In this document: positions 35,690 through 50,900 of the stretch, piece by piece | Numbering within the stretch: position 1 is the stretch's first letter | Layout of the letters: the number at the start of each line of letters is the position of its first letter | Origin: Nageia nagi | Lineage: Eukaryota > Plantae > Pinophyta | Reading direction: 5' to 3' | Length of the DNA stretch: 64,000 nt | Assembly: GCA_050084985.1 (NCBI GenBank) | Contig: JBITNC010000001.1 | Span: 113,398,001-113,462,000, forward strand | Notes under the pieces: generated by a model | The model's input: only the letters and a program-made list of their open reading frames with translations | The model's database searches: none | Told to the model about the DNA's origin: nothing | Translations under genes and position numbers: made by a program

Positions 35690-38600
35690 TAAGCCAAACA
35701 CAAATGAAGGCAGAAAATTATTTTACATTGTACATACTTGACGGGTGATATGAAGTCATTTGATTACTCGATAGTGTTTGAGATGAATCCCATTAATTAG
35801 TATAGGTGATTCCTAGGATTTGAAAATATCTTTCAACCCAAATGCATTATTCTGCATGGCTCCTATGATGATGTATGGATCACTCCATAAGAAGTCAAAC
35901 TTTTGATATCTCCCAGGCTTTACTCATTCTTCATCCCATTTTAGGACTATATCTCCAAGTTCAAATTTCTCTCAAGAAGATTTCTTTTTGTTGAACCATT
36001 TCCTCATAATCTTTTATCTATGCTAAAAAGCTTCATACAATTTATTTCTATATTCTTCCAGCTTGATCAATTGATTCATTTTGATGTGTAAGGATTGGAA
36101 ATCATAATCTTCAAACTCCTATAGAATTTTTAGTGTAGACAAATCCAGATGAATAGGTAGTACTGGTATTTTACCATAAATTAATGCATAGGGCAATGTT
36201 TTGACAATAAAATTGATACTAATTCTATCAGCCCATAATGTAAAATTTAACTTTGTATGCCACTATCTAGGATTCCCTTCTATAGTTCTTTTGATGATTT
36301 GGGTTAAATTTTTATTTGTTGATTTAGCTAATCCATTCTCTTGTAGGTAATAATTTGAAGAGGATAACCAATAGATCCTATACTCTATAGAAAAATCTAA
36401 TAGTTTAGCCCCAATAAATGTTGAATCATTATCTAACATAATGGTCTATGGGATACCAAAATGAGTGATTATTCTTTGTAACATTTCTATTAGTACATCT
36501 TGATATGCACTTTTGCATGGCATAGCTATGTACTATCTTGTAAAGTAATCTATTGCAATAAGGATGAACTTATAACCCACCAAAAAATTTGTATTTATAA
36601 TATAAATGAAGTCTAAACCTTACTGTTGGAAAGGTTTTTCATTGACCATAGGTTTCAAAGGCATGGCAACTTGTCTTCCTTTTTCCACATACCTACTACA
36701 TTTATCATATTCCTAGGCTATCTTAAAAGAATCTTAGAATATAGTAGGCCAATAATAGCCTACTTTTAAAATCTTTGCTACTATAGTTGGACTCCTATAA
36801 TGTCCTATAGAGAATCCATGGTGAAACTCATACAAGATCCTCTAAGCTTCATCTTGAGTCACACACCTTAATAGAGTATGGTCAAAGTTCTTCCTATATA
36901 GATGGTCATCAATCATCATGAATTTAAATTCTTAGAGTCTGAATCTTCTCCTATGAAATCTATTGAAAGACTCAAGGCATCATCTAGTTCTCAAATATAT
37001 AATTCATTATTTGATCCAATCACCTTCCTCATTTGCATGCTCATCATCCTTAATAATAGCAATCATATGTGCTGCTTCTGCCATGTTTTCATAGAGAGCT
37101 TTTCCTTTGACAAGCTTGGTTGGTTTTATCTCAACATAATATTCCATTATCTTTGTAATCCAACTAGCTTTCCCTTCACCCAATTCTCCTTGGATAATAT
37201 AATTTCTCACATCCAAGTGAATAGTGTATACAAGGATTTTATTCTAGGATACATAATGCTTAAGCTCATTCAATCCTTTCATAAAAGAAAATACTTATTT
37301 TTCAATTAATGAGTACCTTTCTTGATTTCCATGCAGTGTTTGAGAATGAAATGCTATGGAATGTTCTCCTTTTTGGTCATTATTTTGTGCCAAAATGGAT
37401 GCAATACTTTTATCAACTCCATAAGCATACATAATGAAATCCTTTGAAAAATATGGATTCTTCAAAATTGGAACTTTTGTTATTACTTACTTGATGTTGT
37501 GAAAAACTCCTTTTTCTTCAATAGACCATGAAAATTGAGCATCTTTCTTCAACATTGTAGTAATTGGAGAAACAATCTTGGAAAAAGTATTTATAAATTT
37601 TCTAACAAAATTAATCTAACTAAGGAATAACTATAGGGCCTTTCTATTTGAGGTTAGAGAAAATGTCTCAATGGCTTTTACCCTATCAGGATCAATTGCT
37701 AGCCCTTCTCCAGAAATAATATGATTAAGAAACTTTCCTTTGTTAACCATAAAAATAGATTTCTTAAGATGAATGAAAATCTCAAATTGCATGCATTTTT
37801 AAAAAAATTTCCTAAGGTGGTCTATATGAGCCTTTATGCTTATAGAAAATATAGTGATATCATCTAAATAGACTAGGATAATTTGTTAATTAATTCATTA
37901 AAGGCATGGTCCATGGCTCTTTGGAATGTGGCCCTGACATTATAAATACCAAAAGGCATTCTCTAAAATGCAAATGTACCCCATTTAGTTATGAATGCAT
38001 TTTTGTGTTGATCCTCATCATTTACCCAAATTTGATTAAATCCTCAAAAACCATCAATCATAGAAAAACAGCATGCCCTAGCAATAGTTTGTAGGATCTA
38101 CTCTATAGAAGGGAGAGGATAATTATCTTTTAGGGACACTTGATTCATATTTATGAAATCAACATAGAGTCTAATTTCTCCATTTTTCTTTCTTATTGTG
38201 ACCATATTATCCATCAATGTAGAGTACTTAATAGTATAAATTATTTTAGCATTTAAGAGCTTAAGAAACTCTTATTTCATTACTTCCTCTATCCTTGGGT
38301 TCACTAGCCTTTGCTTTTTCCTATATGGCTTAGCATCTGGAATGAGTCCAATAGTATGCTGGATCACATCTTTATCATAAGTTTTTAGATCATCATATGT
38401 CCATGCAATTACCTTGGAAAATTGATTATAGATTTTAAGTATCATTTCTTTCTCCTCCTCAGTACATTCTGATACAACATTTATGTGGCTTCTAGGTTCA
38501 ACTTCCAATTCTACATAACTTTCCTTTCGAACAAATACCATATTAGACCTTTGAATATCTTCAAAATCAAATAGCTATTCAAAAGAAATCAAACCTTTTG

Positions 38601-39775
38601 GTATAGCATTATTTCTCAACTATATGACATCTTGTTCCTAGAAGCAATCAAGAAGTTCTATGACACCAAAGGTATGAGCTACTACCTCATCAATCAAAAA
38701 ATTCACTATATGTTCATTAGAGTCAAAGAATTTCCAATAATTTGTAGTATCAGGAACATATGGTCTACATATCACTTTGAATTTTTATGATGAGGGGGCC
38801 AAAACAAGCTCCTTTACTAGCAAGTGCATCAACAATTTGTTTAAAATTTCTAGAAATGATAAAAAAATTGATAGCCAAGAATAATTCTAACATATCCCAA
38901 ACCCTATTCCTATAAGTCTTTAAATAATTATGCCTAGCACTAATCTTATCTCTAATTTGATTTATTACCAACTCATAATCCCCATGGACTATTAGGCATC
39001 TGATACCCATACTAATGGCTTTAGAGAGTCCCAAATAGAGAGCTTCATATTCAACAACATTATTAGTACAAGTCCATATGAATCTAAAAGAATCTTTTCA
39101 TATGTACATCAGGTGATTTAAAAACTACACTAGCACCACAACTATGTTTGCATCTAGCCCCATCAAAGTACATTGTCCATACTTCACATTCATTTTTAGC
39201 TAAGATTGAAATTGGCTAAACATTCTCATATAAATAATATTTTCCCATGCCAACATCAGTGACTTGATAGTTAAGGTCATTTTCTTAAAGTATCTCAATG
39301 GTTAGTAGTAACTCCATGACTTGATGCCTTTCAAAGGTCTCTTCTTGCTCATATTCATTCATACAATTCTATTTATTTATCTTCATTAGATGAACATTTT
39401 TGATACCCTCATTTGGAACCTTGACATATTTATTCCTAAAGGGAAGTAAAATATGTGTGTAATTTAGAGCTAAATAAACTCCTAACTTAGTAGTGAATGT
39501 TTTGGATAATCATATTCCAAATAAAGGTGGGAGATCAACTACAATTATATTTTGAATGACACAAATATCAGGGAATGTATTAAGAGTTATATTAACTCCT
39601 TTGACACTACCAATCACATCAATTGGTGAATAATCTAACTATATGACTCCATCAATGCATCAAGTTATATACAATTTCATTTCATCTACAACAACTTTGA
39701 AAATGATAGTACTAGCAACTCTAGTATCAATTATGCAATTATTAACAACCCAACCTTCTAACCTAAGAGACAAAT

Positions 39776-42264
39776 TGTAACACATACACTTATTCTATAC
39801 ATGTAAAATCTTAAATTTCATACCTAATTATTTATTTAGTTTAAACACTTGAAAGATCTAGGAATGGATTTAGGTGATCCATATGAGCTTGTCAATGTTG
39901 CTAGCTAGTTAGCACCCACATATAAAGATTGAATAAAGTTTAGATTATTCAACCCTAATTACATCTCTTATAGTATTCACTCCATAATGCTCATCTCATT
40001 GAAGAAATGCTTTAAATGTGATCCCACCATTTCCACTTCACGAACTCTGTAGCAAACATTTTTAAAATGGTGTAGTGGTTTCCTACTTAGGGCCCATATC
40101 ACTCAAGAGAATGTACATCCACTAGGTTACACATCCTCACCTAATGATAACCCTCTAAATCATAAAGAAGATAGTTTATCCTAGGAAAACTTCCTTATGA
40201 GTAAGAAACATCATCGCATATGGAATAGTCATCATACTCCTATGTGCTTAACTACAAGTAGTATGCTACTAAATTACGTTCCCCTTGTAACCATAGTTTT
40301 ATCAATTGCTATCCTCATTTAACACCTTGTTGAGGATATGAGACACTAGCCTACTCATATCTATCAGCTAGGCTCACCATGGAATTTAGTATCTCTATTC
40401 CCATATCTTGGGGAGTCATGGGTATCAAAATAATACCCTCAAGTGGTTTGTATAGTCCAATTTATTTTAAGCAAGGTTATAAAATAAAAACCACCCATGA
40501 CCTAATGATACCATATCATATGTAGGAAGACTCAAAATAACTTGTTTAGTAAGTCACAAGAGATCTATATTTCTACAAATATCCCATATACATGGTACTA
40601 TGTAATTAATACCACTTTATAAAAGTTCTCATACTAGTGTTTCGTAACATGACTTGAAATGACACTAAAGTACAAAAAGTGCATAAATATAGGTTTTCTA
40701 AAAGTATGCTACAAGTTTTAGGAACAAATTCAAATGCTAAAATCAATTCCAACACTCTTTCCAGCATGTGACTTCATGGGAGTTTTAACAAGAAGATTTA
40801 GAGATCTACCAAAGAATAGTTAAAATAGTTTCTCCTCAAATTTTGTGGTTGTGAGTGCCAAAATAGATATAAATGTCACATATGAGAGAAACATTTTATG
40901 GGACCTAATATCTATCTCCAAGATCAATGTGTGTGCAAGGAAGTAAAGTAAAGAGACAAAGAAAGACTAGGGGATTTACTCCAAGGTATATAATCCCATG
41001 ACCAACTCATCTTAGGAATTATTTGACTAGTCTCATTAAAATAGAATAAAATACATAATACTCTTTTACTCATGACTTCCCACCAATAGGTTTAAATTAA
41101 AAGGAAGAAGAACACACTCCTTTACTTTTTAAAGAAAAGATAAGATACCAACCATCACATGCAATATGTCAACAAAATAAGAAATAAGTACCTTCAAATG
41201 GTACAAGATCTCTTATCAATAATTAATTCTATGAACCTTTATCAAATAACCCTTTCATAGAACTTATTAAATAACATAAAAATATGACTACTTTAACTAG
41301 GCATCTTAGCTTTATTATTTAAAATGCAAAAGAATGCACCTTGACTTGAAGAGAGAGAGGCTTCTTTTCTTCATGTAACTCTACACCCAAGCTTGAGAAT
41401 AATAAGAATGAAATGATAATAGATAGGTATCTTCCTAGTATTCCACCCCTCCTATTTATAGCCAAGGAGGTTCAAGTATGTCCAAATGAATGTATCCTCA
41501 TCTCTTCAATAATTTTTGTGGTAGGTTTGATTAAATTTGTTGATGATTGTAGTAATATTAAATACTTTAGAACCTTTTTTATTAACTGACAAATTAGTAC
41601 CAACTATTACCCTTACCTAACACAAGAAAATAAAATAAGTAGGATCATAACTCAATTATTTTCATCAATCATTAATTATTTTGTAACATCACAAAGTAAC
41701 CTTATTCTTTTCTAACTATTATTATTTTAATTTTTCATACTAATTTACTAACAACTATAGGTAAAAATTCAAATTCAAAAGAAGGTAATAATCCTTGCCC
41801 TTCCTTTTGAAATTTAAGTTGTAAAAATTCACAATAGGAAATCAACCATACATCTTACTTACGATGGTCACCTCAATCTATAGGATAATTGTTAATCCAC
41901 ACACATCCACAAACACACATTCATGATGAAAATAAACATTCATGACTAATTATTCTATCATGTAGCTACATGATCTATAATGAACATTAAGGTTTGTTAG
42001 TGAATCAATGCCAATCATTTCCTCACTCTTACCCTTTCATTCCTATCACCAATTCATCCTTGGTTCCTTGGTTCTTTTCCACACTTTCCATCTTGGTTTA
42101 ACCTATGACCTATGTCAAAACATCTCAAATCCAACATTAAATTGATATGAATAAAGCATATCACTATTCAAAACTCATCATCACATAGCTTAATTGAAAT
42201 TGAATCTCATTAGAACCTTGATGGTAATCGAGTCTTAACAGTGCAATTTTGGTGGGTTGTTACA
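39776..42264 (-). mobile_element. Solo LTR (2489 bp) inserted at the start of the Tat protease region
   Basis: Termini TGTAACA...TGTTACA (7-bp inverted). Perfect 5-bp TSD CAAAT. Minus-strand TATAAATAGG at ~41455. Host frame PPFYL|SLRLEG rejoins. Confidence 0.9.
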
Positions 42265-44298
42265 CAAATAGAAAGGTGGAGGTCTTTTTATAGCTATTGG
42301 AGCTAGACATATATCATCAAAATTTGGAAATACAAAATTATCCTTGCTAGTCCTTTTCTTATTAATTTTAACTTCAAATCTTCTTGCAAAAGATCTATTT
42401 GACAAAGTATTCTCAATGCATCAAATATAGTCATCCTAGAGGGTGTTCTTTTCAATTCTTCCACTATATTAAATAGAATATAGGGGGCTAACTTGCTTGG
42501 CTCACCAAGTTGATGAGATTTGAACTATTGAGTGGAATTCTCTTTTTGTTGTTCATTTATAAATGGATATCTCATTGGAGTAGGCCTCTCATTCTAAGGA
42601 ACATCATTTTTGGCTAGAGTAGAATTTCTTACGATAAGGGCAAGACTACTTGGGCCTTATGAAACCTGATCCAAACAAATTAAAAGTTAATTTTTTAGAT
42701 TAGGTGGCTAAAATTTAAGAGTATTAGCTCTATTAGGATCAAGTATAGCTTAAGTGGATGGATAATTTGGTCAAAATCCAAAAATTCACCATAGTAACAT
42801 TTATAGTAGGATATGATGCAGGTTCTACCATTTAATCTAACTATAGACCCAAGTACCGATGTTGATAGACTACATAAGATTTTGAAAAGTGTGGAATAGA
42901 GAAATGAGTAAACCATTTCATAATAGCCAAAGCTTCACTTTCTATAGAGCTAGCCAAAATTGTATTATCAATAGCTTTGGGAGTAAGAGGCTGCTCTAGT
43001 TGATTATTCCTAGGTTGGAATCTTGGTTGATATTGATTTTCATATCTTCTAAAATTTTGGCCTTGATTATTTCTTTCTTGTAAAGTGAGATTATTTTTGA
43101 TATTCTTAATAATTATCTCTTACTACCTTATCCTCTTAGCCTCTTATTGGTTTGAACTAGAACTTGTACTTATTGATGGAGGAGCTAAAAGAGCTAGTAC
43201 TAGGTTATGAATAATAGATTTGGGAGCAGGAGGTGGTAATGCTAACACTCTTGGATGAGGGATTAGCATAGGAGATTTATTTGGAGGTAAATTAAGAAAT
43301 AAAGGTATGATATATCTTGATTGCATTATTCTAGAGGAAACCAACATGTTCAATAATTTTTTACTATCTAATAAACTTCTAGTAAAGTTTCCCTAAACAT
43401 GATAATTAACATATTTAGATATGAGTGGAAATCTTTCCTATAGTATACTAGGAATTGAGCATTAGTTGATATGATTCTCATTGGAATGGATTTCCAAGTT
43501 TTCTTGAATCTGATATTAAAATAATCTACAGACTCATGAGGATATTTTTTTTATATAGGTTATAAGGCTCAAAAATGTATTATCATCACCATATTTAATA
43601 AATATTTTAATAAGATCTTGGCATAACTCTCCCCATGTGTTTATTAATTGAGGAATCAAGGAATTGAACCACATAACTACTTTTCCTTTGAAATAATACG
43701 ATAATAATTTTATCATGATAATTTCATACGTGATGGCAAAACTTGATGCTAAGCAAGATACATCTTAACAATTCTCATGTGGTGTTTTTCCTGATCCATC
43801 ATCCTTAGGCAAGATTTTAAAGGTTGCTTGAGGAATATCAAAGGAACTAGGAGGAATTATCAATGGATGATTATTGTTCCAAGTAGGGAAATTTGCATGG
43901 GCAAGTTGATCCATATTTGGACTAGTTGGGTTAGGTGAAGAATTTTACTAGATCGAATTAAATGCATTTAATATTGGAACTACTCTTAGAGGAATTTGTG
44001 TATATAGAGTACAAAAAATATTTCACCTAGTCTTCCTTTAAGGAAGTGACAACTCTTAAAATCTAGGATGTTGGGAAGGATTTATGGTATTACTTCTAGT
44101 GAATCTATGAGCTAGAGGTGCCAGAGTTTGTAAAAATGATTGGTATAATAGCACAATTGCCAATAAGGTATAAGGAACCTTATAAACTTTACAAAATAAT
44201 GGTGATAGCCTACCATACATAGCTATCTAGCCTATTCATGCCTAGATGATCTAGGTTTTACTCATGTCCCACTAGGCATGCTAAAATGAACATTTTAT

Positions 44299-46184
44299 TA
44301 TTGATTAGAATAATGTAACCTAAGTATTTGGTCTAACAATTTCTCCACTACTTTGATAATAGTGAGGTTCTTGAATGAGTATAAGGTGGTGGGATAGTGT
44401 TTTCATGGATGTTTCTGCTCAATCTCTAGGTTATAGGTTGACTCCTATCTAAGAAAAGATTAAAAGTAATAGGAAAGAGATAAAAATATAAGCTACTAAA
44501 TAGGGAAATGTAAATAACATAAAAAATAAACTAAACTAAGTAGCCTAAGCATCACTACATAGGTAGTAATCTATAGCCAAGACTAAGAATAGAATAACTA
44601 TCTCACTCCTAGGGTATCGCAATTGCAATACATAGCCATAGTTTCAGATAAGGCCTCATACATAATAATCACAAAATTAGACAACAACCACACAATTCAA
44701 AGGGAAAAACATCTACACATTGCATTATCATATATGAAAGCCATTCTTACAAGGGGCAATTTTGCTAAAATGTTTGACCTTTTGGACTTCTTACAGTCCA
44801 CTATATATAATGTTTTCTTTACAATGGGTGGTTGTCCATTATTAATGACTATAACTACCTCTTTAGCTAAAGACATAATAAACTCAAATATTTATAATGT
44901 TTATAGGAGATTTTAGAACTATAATTAATTATGGATCATGGTCCAGATGTGATGCTGATACTTTGAAATCTAAAGATCTTCAATCTTGTACTTGTCCAGT
45001 TGCAATTGATCAATTTTATCTTTTGACCATGGTCATTTCGTAACTATTTCTAAATTTAAGAGGTATGGTCTACCATTTTATTAAGTATAATAAAGTCATT
45101 TTAGCAATCAACAGTCTACCAACTCTTAATAATCATTAAATGCTCTTATTTGTAGCTCCAATATTGAATGCTTTAAGGATGAAGGGAATATGTATCCATT
45201 CAAATATAAAAGTGAACTACTGCTTCTAAGTGGAAATGAGTTGCAGTTGACACATTGATAGAGTCCTAGGGATCATACACCCTTGATTAGGTGGACCCAG
45301 GTGTTCACTTCCTCTTATAGTCTTTACTCACTCTTTGTGGGTCTTATTATACCTTGGTAGATATTTCTATAATTTGAGAATACTCATGGAATTTACCACC
45401 CATCAATTTCCTATGAAAAGTATGATATCATCGCTCAAAATTAACAGGGTTTACTAGATGTAGAGTGCTATGGATATCTCCCATTGTGAAGACTATCAAG
45501 ATTACCCATTGATGAAAACATCTAGAGCCTACTATTTTTTTACAAGAAGTATGATGTCACTATTGGAATTTCATCAGTCCAATTTCTACTTCAACTCTTA
45601 TAATAATGCCCATTGCATAAATTAACCAAAAACCAGACCTTATATTCAATGGGGCCTAAAAATAAGACCCAAACTATTCTGGACCAAAACATAAGTAACT
45701 TGACTTACAATAGGGCTTGAACTTGACTTAGACAAGTACATAGACTTTATACAATCTAATACTTGAGAATGACTTAGCTGATTCTTGCAAAATAGGACTT
45801 TTCATAGAATATGATTTATATACATAACTCAGGCACAACTTAGATGATTTTTGATAAATAACATCCACATTTTGAACAAAATGGCAACTCTAACTATTCT
45901 TGTATTGATTAAGACCCAAAATTTACTAACATGACCTGAAAATACCATGAACAAAATTGAGCCCTAACTAAGAGAATATACAATACTTGAATCTTGGGAA
46001 AAAGACTAATAATATACAATATAATGCTTCAAGATTGAACTTTGTACAAGTATTTACAATTAAGAAAGAAAGGGGATAAGAAATAAGAATTATAGAAGGA
46101 ATTTTATTTGAAGGGAAGAATGAATTGATGAATAATGAATGTAAAGAATATTATCCTCAAGAATGTGATTATGCAAGAATAACA
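44299..46184 (-). repeat. 5' LTR of the Tat element
   Basis: Colinear with 29911-31714; ends AACA; adjacent to the PBS-like motif. Confidence 0.92.
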
Positions 46185-47982
46185 ATAATGCGACAAGATA
46201 CAATTCCTTCATATCTTCAAATAAGCTATTTTATATTTTTTTGCTAAATTTAAAGTAAATGTAGATCTGACCTAGGTAGATGAAATAAAATACTCTTCAC
46301 CCATTCTTCTAAAGGATGATCCATTATTTTATTCAAAATAAGCATAATTATTTTTATTTACACATGCAAAGAACATTACAAAACTATCCATCATACCTGT
46401 ATTGCTATCTTTACAACATTCCCAACCATGCCAGGTTCAACTTGCCATGTTTCTAATCCCACTAGTGGTATTTTTTCCATCATTTTTACTTTGTGCCTGA
46501 GTGAAATGATGGCTACCTCTTCCCTTATTCTTCACAAATTGAATACACTTAAATGTAAAGAATTTTAGGCTTTATATTTACTATTTTAACTAGTTTGATG
46601 AAAGTAGATGTTTAACACTTGGATACATGAAGTGGGAAAATCATAAATGAATCATGGATCCATAATCACAATTCTACATAAATGGAAATAAAAGGGACCT
46701 TTAACTAGTTTAATGAAAATGGAGGTTTAACACAATATGATCCCATTTTATCATAATGCATGGATCCCCAAGACTCCATAATACCCACATCAAACAAAAT
46801 ATGCCAAAATCATAATTTAAATGAACTCCTAAACAAAGACCTAAAAGTTCATAAAAACCATACCTTCTTAATTTAATTGCATGATTCATTTTTGATAGAT
46901 TTATTGCAAGGAGGAATAGTCTCAAACCATGAGATCTCAATCTTAGAAATTATACCCACTCTAAAATATATACAATCAAAATTTGACATATCTATATTCA
47001 TCTCTATCACACCAAACCATATAAAGAACTCTTTCACTTGGATCCCACTCAAATCATTGATCTTCCCATAGTTGAGTTTTCCTATGATGATCTGAACATA
47101 AAAAGGCCTATAAAGCTCAAACCTAAAACTCCCATAATTTCCAAGCATATAGGACTTCACCAAATAAGGAAGAAGGCCTATGGGAAATCATTACCTTTGG
47201 TTTAGAAGTTCAAGCAATAAAGGTATGACATAGAAGGCACCAATAACAACCTTGTTTTCATTCACTATAGATAGGCTAAAGAGAGTAGGAGAAGGAACTT
47301 ATTCAATTAGAGATACTCCAATCCCCGAAATGAAACCACCATTGAATCTCGATCCTCCATGTGATAGTTTATCAATGGATTTGAGTGCCTACCACTTGAT
47401 CAGTGGGATGGGTTTTCAATTGGAGGGAAACTTTTAATCCCACATATATAATTAAAATAAATAGTATATATCTATAAAATTTTAGCTATTTCAAGATAGG
47501 GATTATTTTTTATTATAATTTTTTGGTTATTCCTATATATCTTAAATTCTTGAGTTTGGCTATACGGGGTCCTTATTTTTAAAATAGTTATATATTTTTG
47601 GCTATTAAATTTTAAGTAAAAATTTCTAATAATAAATTTTTGGCTATTTTAAAAATCATTTAAATTTTAAAAATATTTTTGAAATCCTAAAAATAGCAAA
47701 ATTGCTATAAATCATGCTTAAAATTTACTTTGGTTTGCTTTTAGATTGAATTTTAATAAGTTATGATCATGCAACTTGAGTTTGTTTTTAGCATAGTCTA
47801 TTTCTAGGTTTGTCCAAAACCTATATGTATGTAATGATTTCATTTTTCAAAGCAATGATAGTAGAATACTTCTCATTGTGGTATTAGAGCTTTAGGAAGA
47901 TCTATTAGGTTAGAGTTAGTAGGTGTAATTACAAGAATTTATTAAATTCTTCCAATAGATTGTAGTTTGATGTTTTTTAATT

Positions 47983-50900
47983 ATGTCAACTAATATGGTT
48001 GTAAACAACAATATTATACCTATTCCAAACTTCCATGGAGAGGATTATGAGTATTGGTCTATCAAGATGAAGATATTACTCATACTAAAGGGGATATGGC
48101 ATATAGTTGAATATAGGTATAATGATCTAATTGATTGGAGCACTCTTTTAGTCAATGATTAGATTGCTAAGAAGGAGCCCCAAAAAAAGAACTCCATTTC
48201 ACTCTATCATCTACAACCTTCCTTGGATAAGACCATATTACCATGAATTTCTTCATGCACTTCAGCCCAAGATGCATGGAAAGCACTTAAGAAGAGCTAT
48301 TAAGGTAGAACCCAAGTGAAGCAAGTGAGGTTGCTAAAGGAGATAAAGTAGATCTTTGTCTCCACCCAAGATCTCCTTTTATGGAATCCTCCTATTTTAT
48401 AACTCAAGTAAGTAATCAAACATAAGAGATAATATAAAATATCTAGTGGTTCCTCTCAAACTTGAGAGTACTCCACTCTAACTCTAAACTTAATTACTTT
48501 TCAAGAACACACAAGAACTCTCTTACAAAGATCTCTCTTCCTATCTCACTACAAGCTTAGAGCATTTCTATGCTTCTACAAAGGTTGAGAATACATAAGA
48601 GGAACCCTTATTTATAGGAACATAACCTATGCACATAGGATGTGCATCCTCATACCTATGAGATTCCCTTGAGGTTGAGTGTAGAACCATCTCTCTATTT
48701 TTTATTCACCAAATACTTAAAAGGTATTTGAATATACTTTTAAGTATTTAAGTGTATTATTTAGAAAGTAACCTAATAAGAAGAAATATTATTCTTTATA
48801 TACCTTCTAAAGAATAATCTATACAATAGCGCATTATATATTCTAATAGTTGAAAACTCTCAAGAGATATTTTGAGAATCTCAAGATGCAAACTAGTGAG
48901 ATGGTGGGAGATTATTGTGTGAGAGTAAAAGCATGTGTGGAAAATATGAAATCTCTTGGAGAGGAGGTTTCAAATATGGATATAGTGAAGAAAATGTTGA
49001 GAACACTTATTCCTTAGTGGAACCATGTAGCAATCATAATTGAATAGTCCAAAGATCTATCTACTCTCACTTATGATCATATCATGGATCCTTGATATCC
49101 TATGAAGAGAGGTGCCAAGATTCTACATAATCATCTATTGTAATGGATGATGAGAACAATTTTAAAATAGAGGAGGCTAAAGCTTCCTATTCATAAGGAA
49201 GAGGCCAACCATATTCAAGAGAAAGAGGAAGAGGAAGAGGAAGGAGAGTAGTTCCCATGGAAGAGGAAGAGGTGGTTCAAATGGAGGAGGAGACAAACAA
49301 AACAAACAATGTTACTAGTATAACAAGTTTGGATACTTGGGAGTGTAGAGCTAAGGATAGCTAAGAAGGAGTAAGTACCATCCATTATGGAGAAGAGGAT
49401 GATACCTCTAATTATTTTTTTTCTTATGGAAAGATAAATCAAAATATCAATGAAACTTGGATTCTGGATACTAGCGCTTCTAATCACATGACTGAAAAAG
49501 AAGAGTTATTTGCTTTAATGAAAAAATCTTTTAAGTATAATATAAAGCTTGAAGATGATAATATATTGATCATAAAAGGCATGGTAACCATGGAGGTCAA
49601 CAACAAAGAAGGCACCAAGAAGGCAAATAACATCTACTATACTCCCAATCTTAAATACAATTTGCTAAGTGTGGTATAAATTATAGAGAATAACTATAAG
49701 TTTATTTTTGAAGATAGAAAGTATGCGATCTATGATAAGAAAAATGGTCATATGTTGGTCACTATAGTCCCAATGACCAAGAATAGATTATTCCACTCAA
49801 ATTTGAAGGAGATTATGCCCAACTAGAAAATGTAATCATGGAGAACAAACATTAGCTTTGGCACATGAGATATGGCCATCTAAGCTACCTAAGTTGGAGA
49901 TTATTAACACTCAATAAATGGTCTATGGGCTGACCACTATTGAATAAAATAAGATAATATGTGAAGGATGTACTTTGGGAAACCACTCACAAATAAAGTT
50001 TCCAAGAGGCCAAGTTTGTAGAGCTTCTTATCACCTCCAATTCGTGCATTCTAATATTTGTGGCCCCATGTGAACATGTAGTATTTGTAAGAACTCCTAC
50101 TTCCTTTCTTTCATAGATGATATATAAGTATGTGTTAGATTTATTTGCTAACTTCCAAAGATCAAAATTTTGAATATTTTAAAACTCATGTGGAAAAATA
50201 AAGTGAATGTGTTATGAAGTGTTTAAGGAATGATAGAGCATAAGATTTTTCTCCAATGAATTCCTCAAGTTTTAAAGGGATTATGGAATAAAGAGAAAAC
50301 TCACAGCTATCTATACTTCATAACAAAATGATGTATAAGAGAGGAAGAATCTGACCATAGTGAAGATGGAAAGGAGCATGTTACAAAGCAAAAAATTGAG
50401 CAATATGTACTAGGCTGATGCAATGATGAAAATAATATACATCTTGAATAGAATTATAACTTAAAGCTTGGAAAACATCACACCTTATGAGGTATGGTAT
50501 GAGAAAAATCCTAATGTTAAGCATTTTAGAGTTTTTGATTATCTTTCTTATGCTCATATTCCTAATAAAAATAGAATAAAGTTAGATCCTAAGAGTCAAG
50601 CATGTATGTTTCTTAGATATTATGAGAAAACCAAGGCTTATAAATTGTATATTCCAAAAACCTATAAGGTTGTTGTGTCTAGAGATGTAATTTTTGATGA
50701 AGGGGGAGAATAGGATCATAAAAAACTCATTGATGATGATGAATCCAATGAAGATAGCTCCTCTAAAGTGCAGCCTTTTATACCAACAAATAAAATTCTT
50801 TCATTCCCAAGATAGAAGAAGTAAAGCAAGGCAAGAGAACACTTCAAGCACATCCATCCAATAAAATGTTGGATCAAAATTTCTCAATGATATTCAAAAG

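Noticed and set aside
44623-44916. 97-aa ORF in the LTR
   Set aside because: Interrupted in the sister LTR and has no domain
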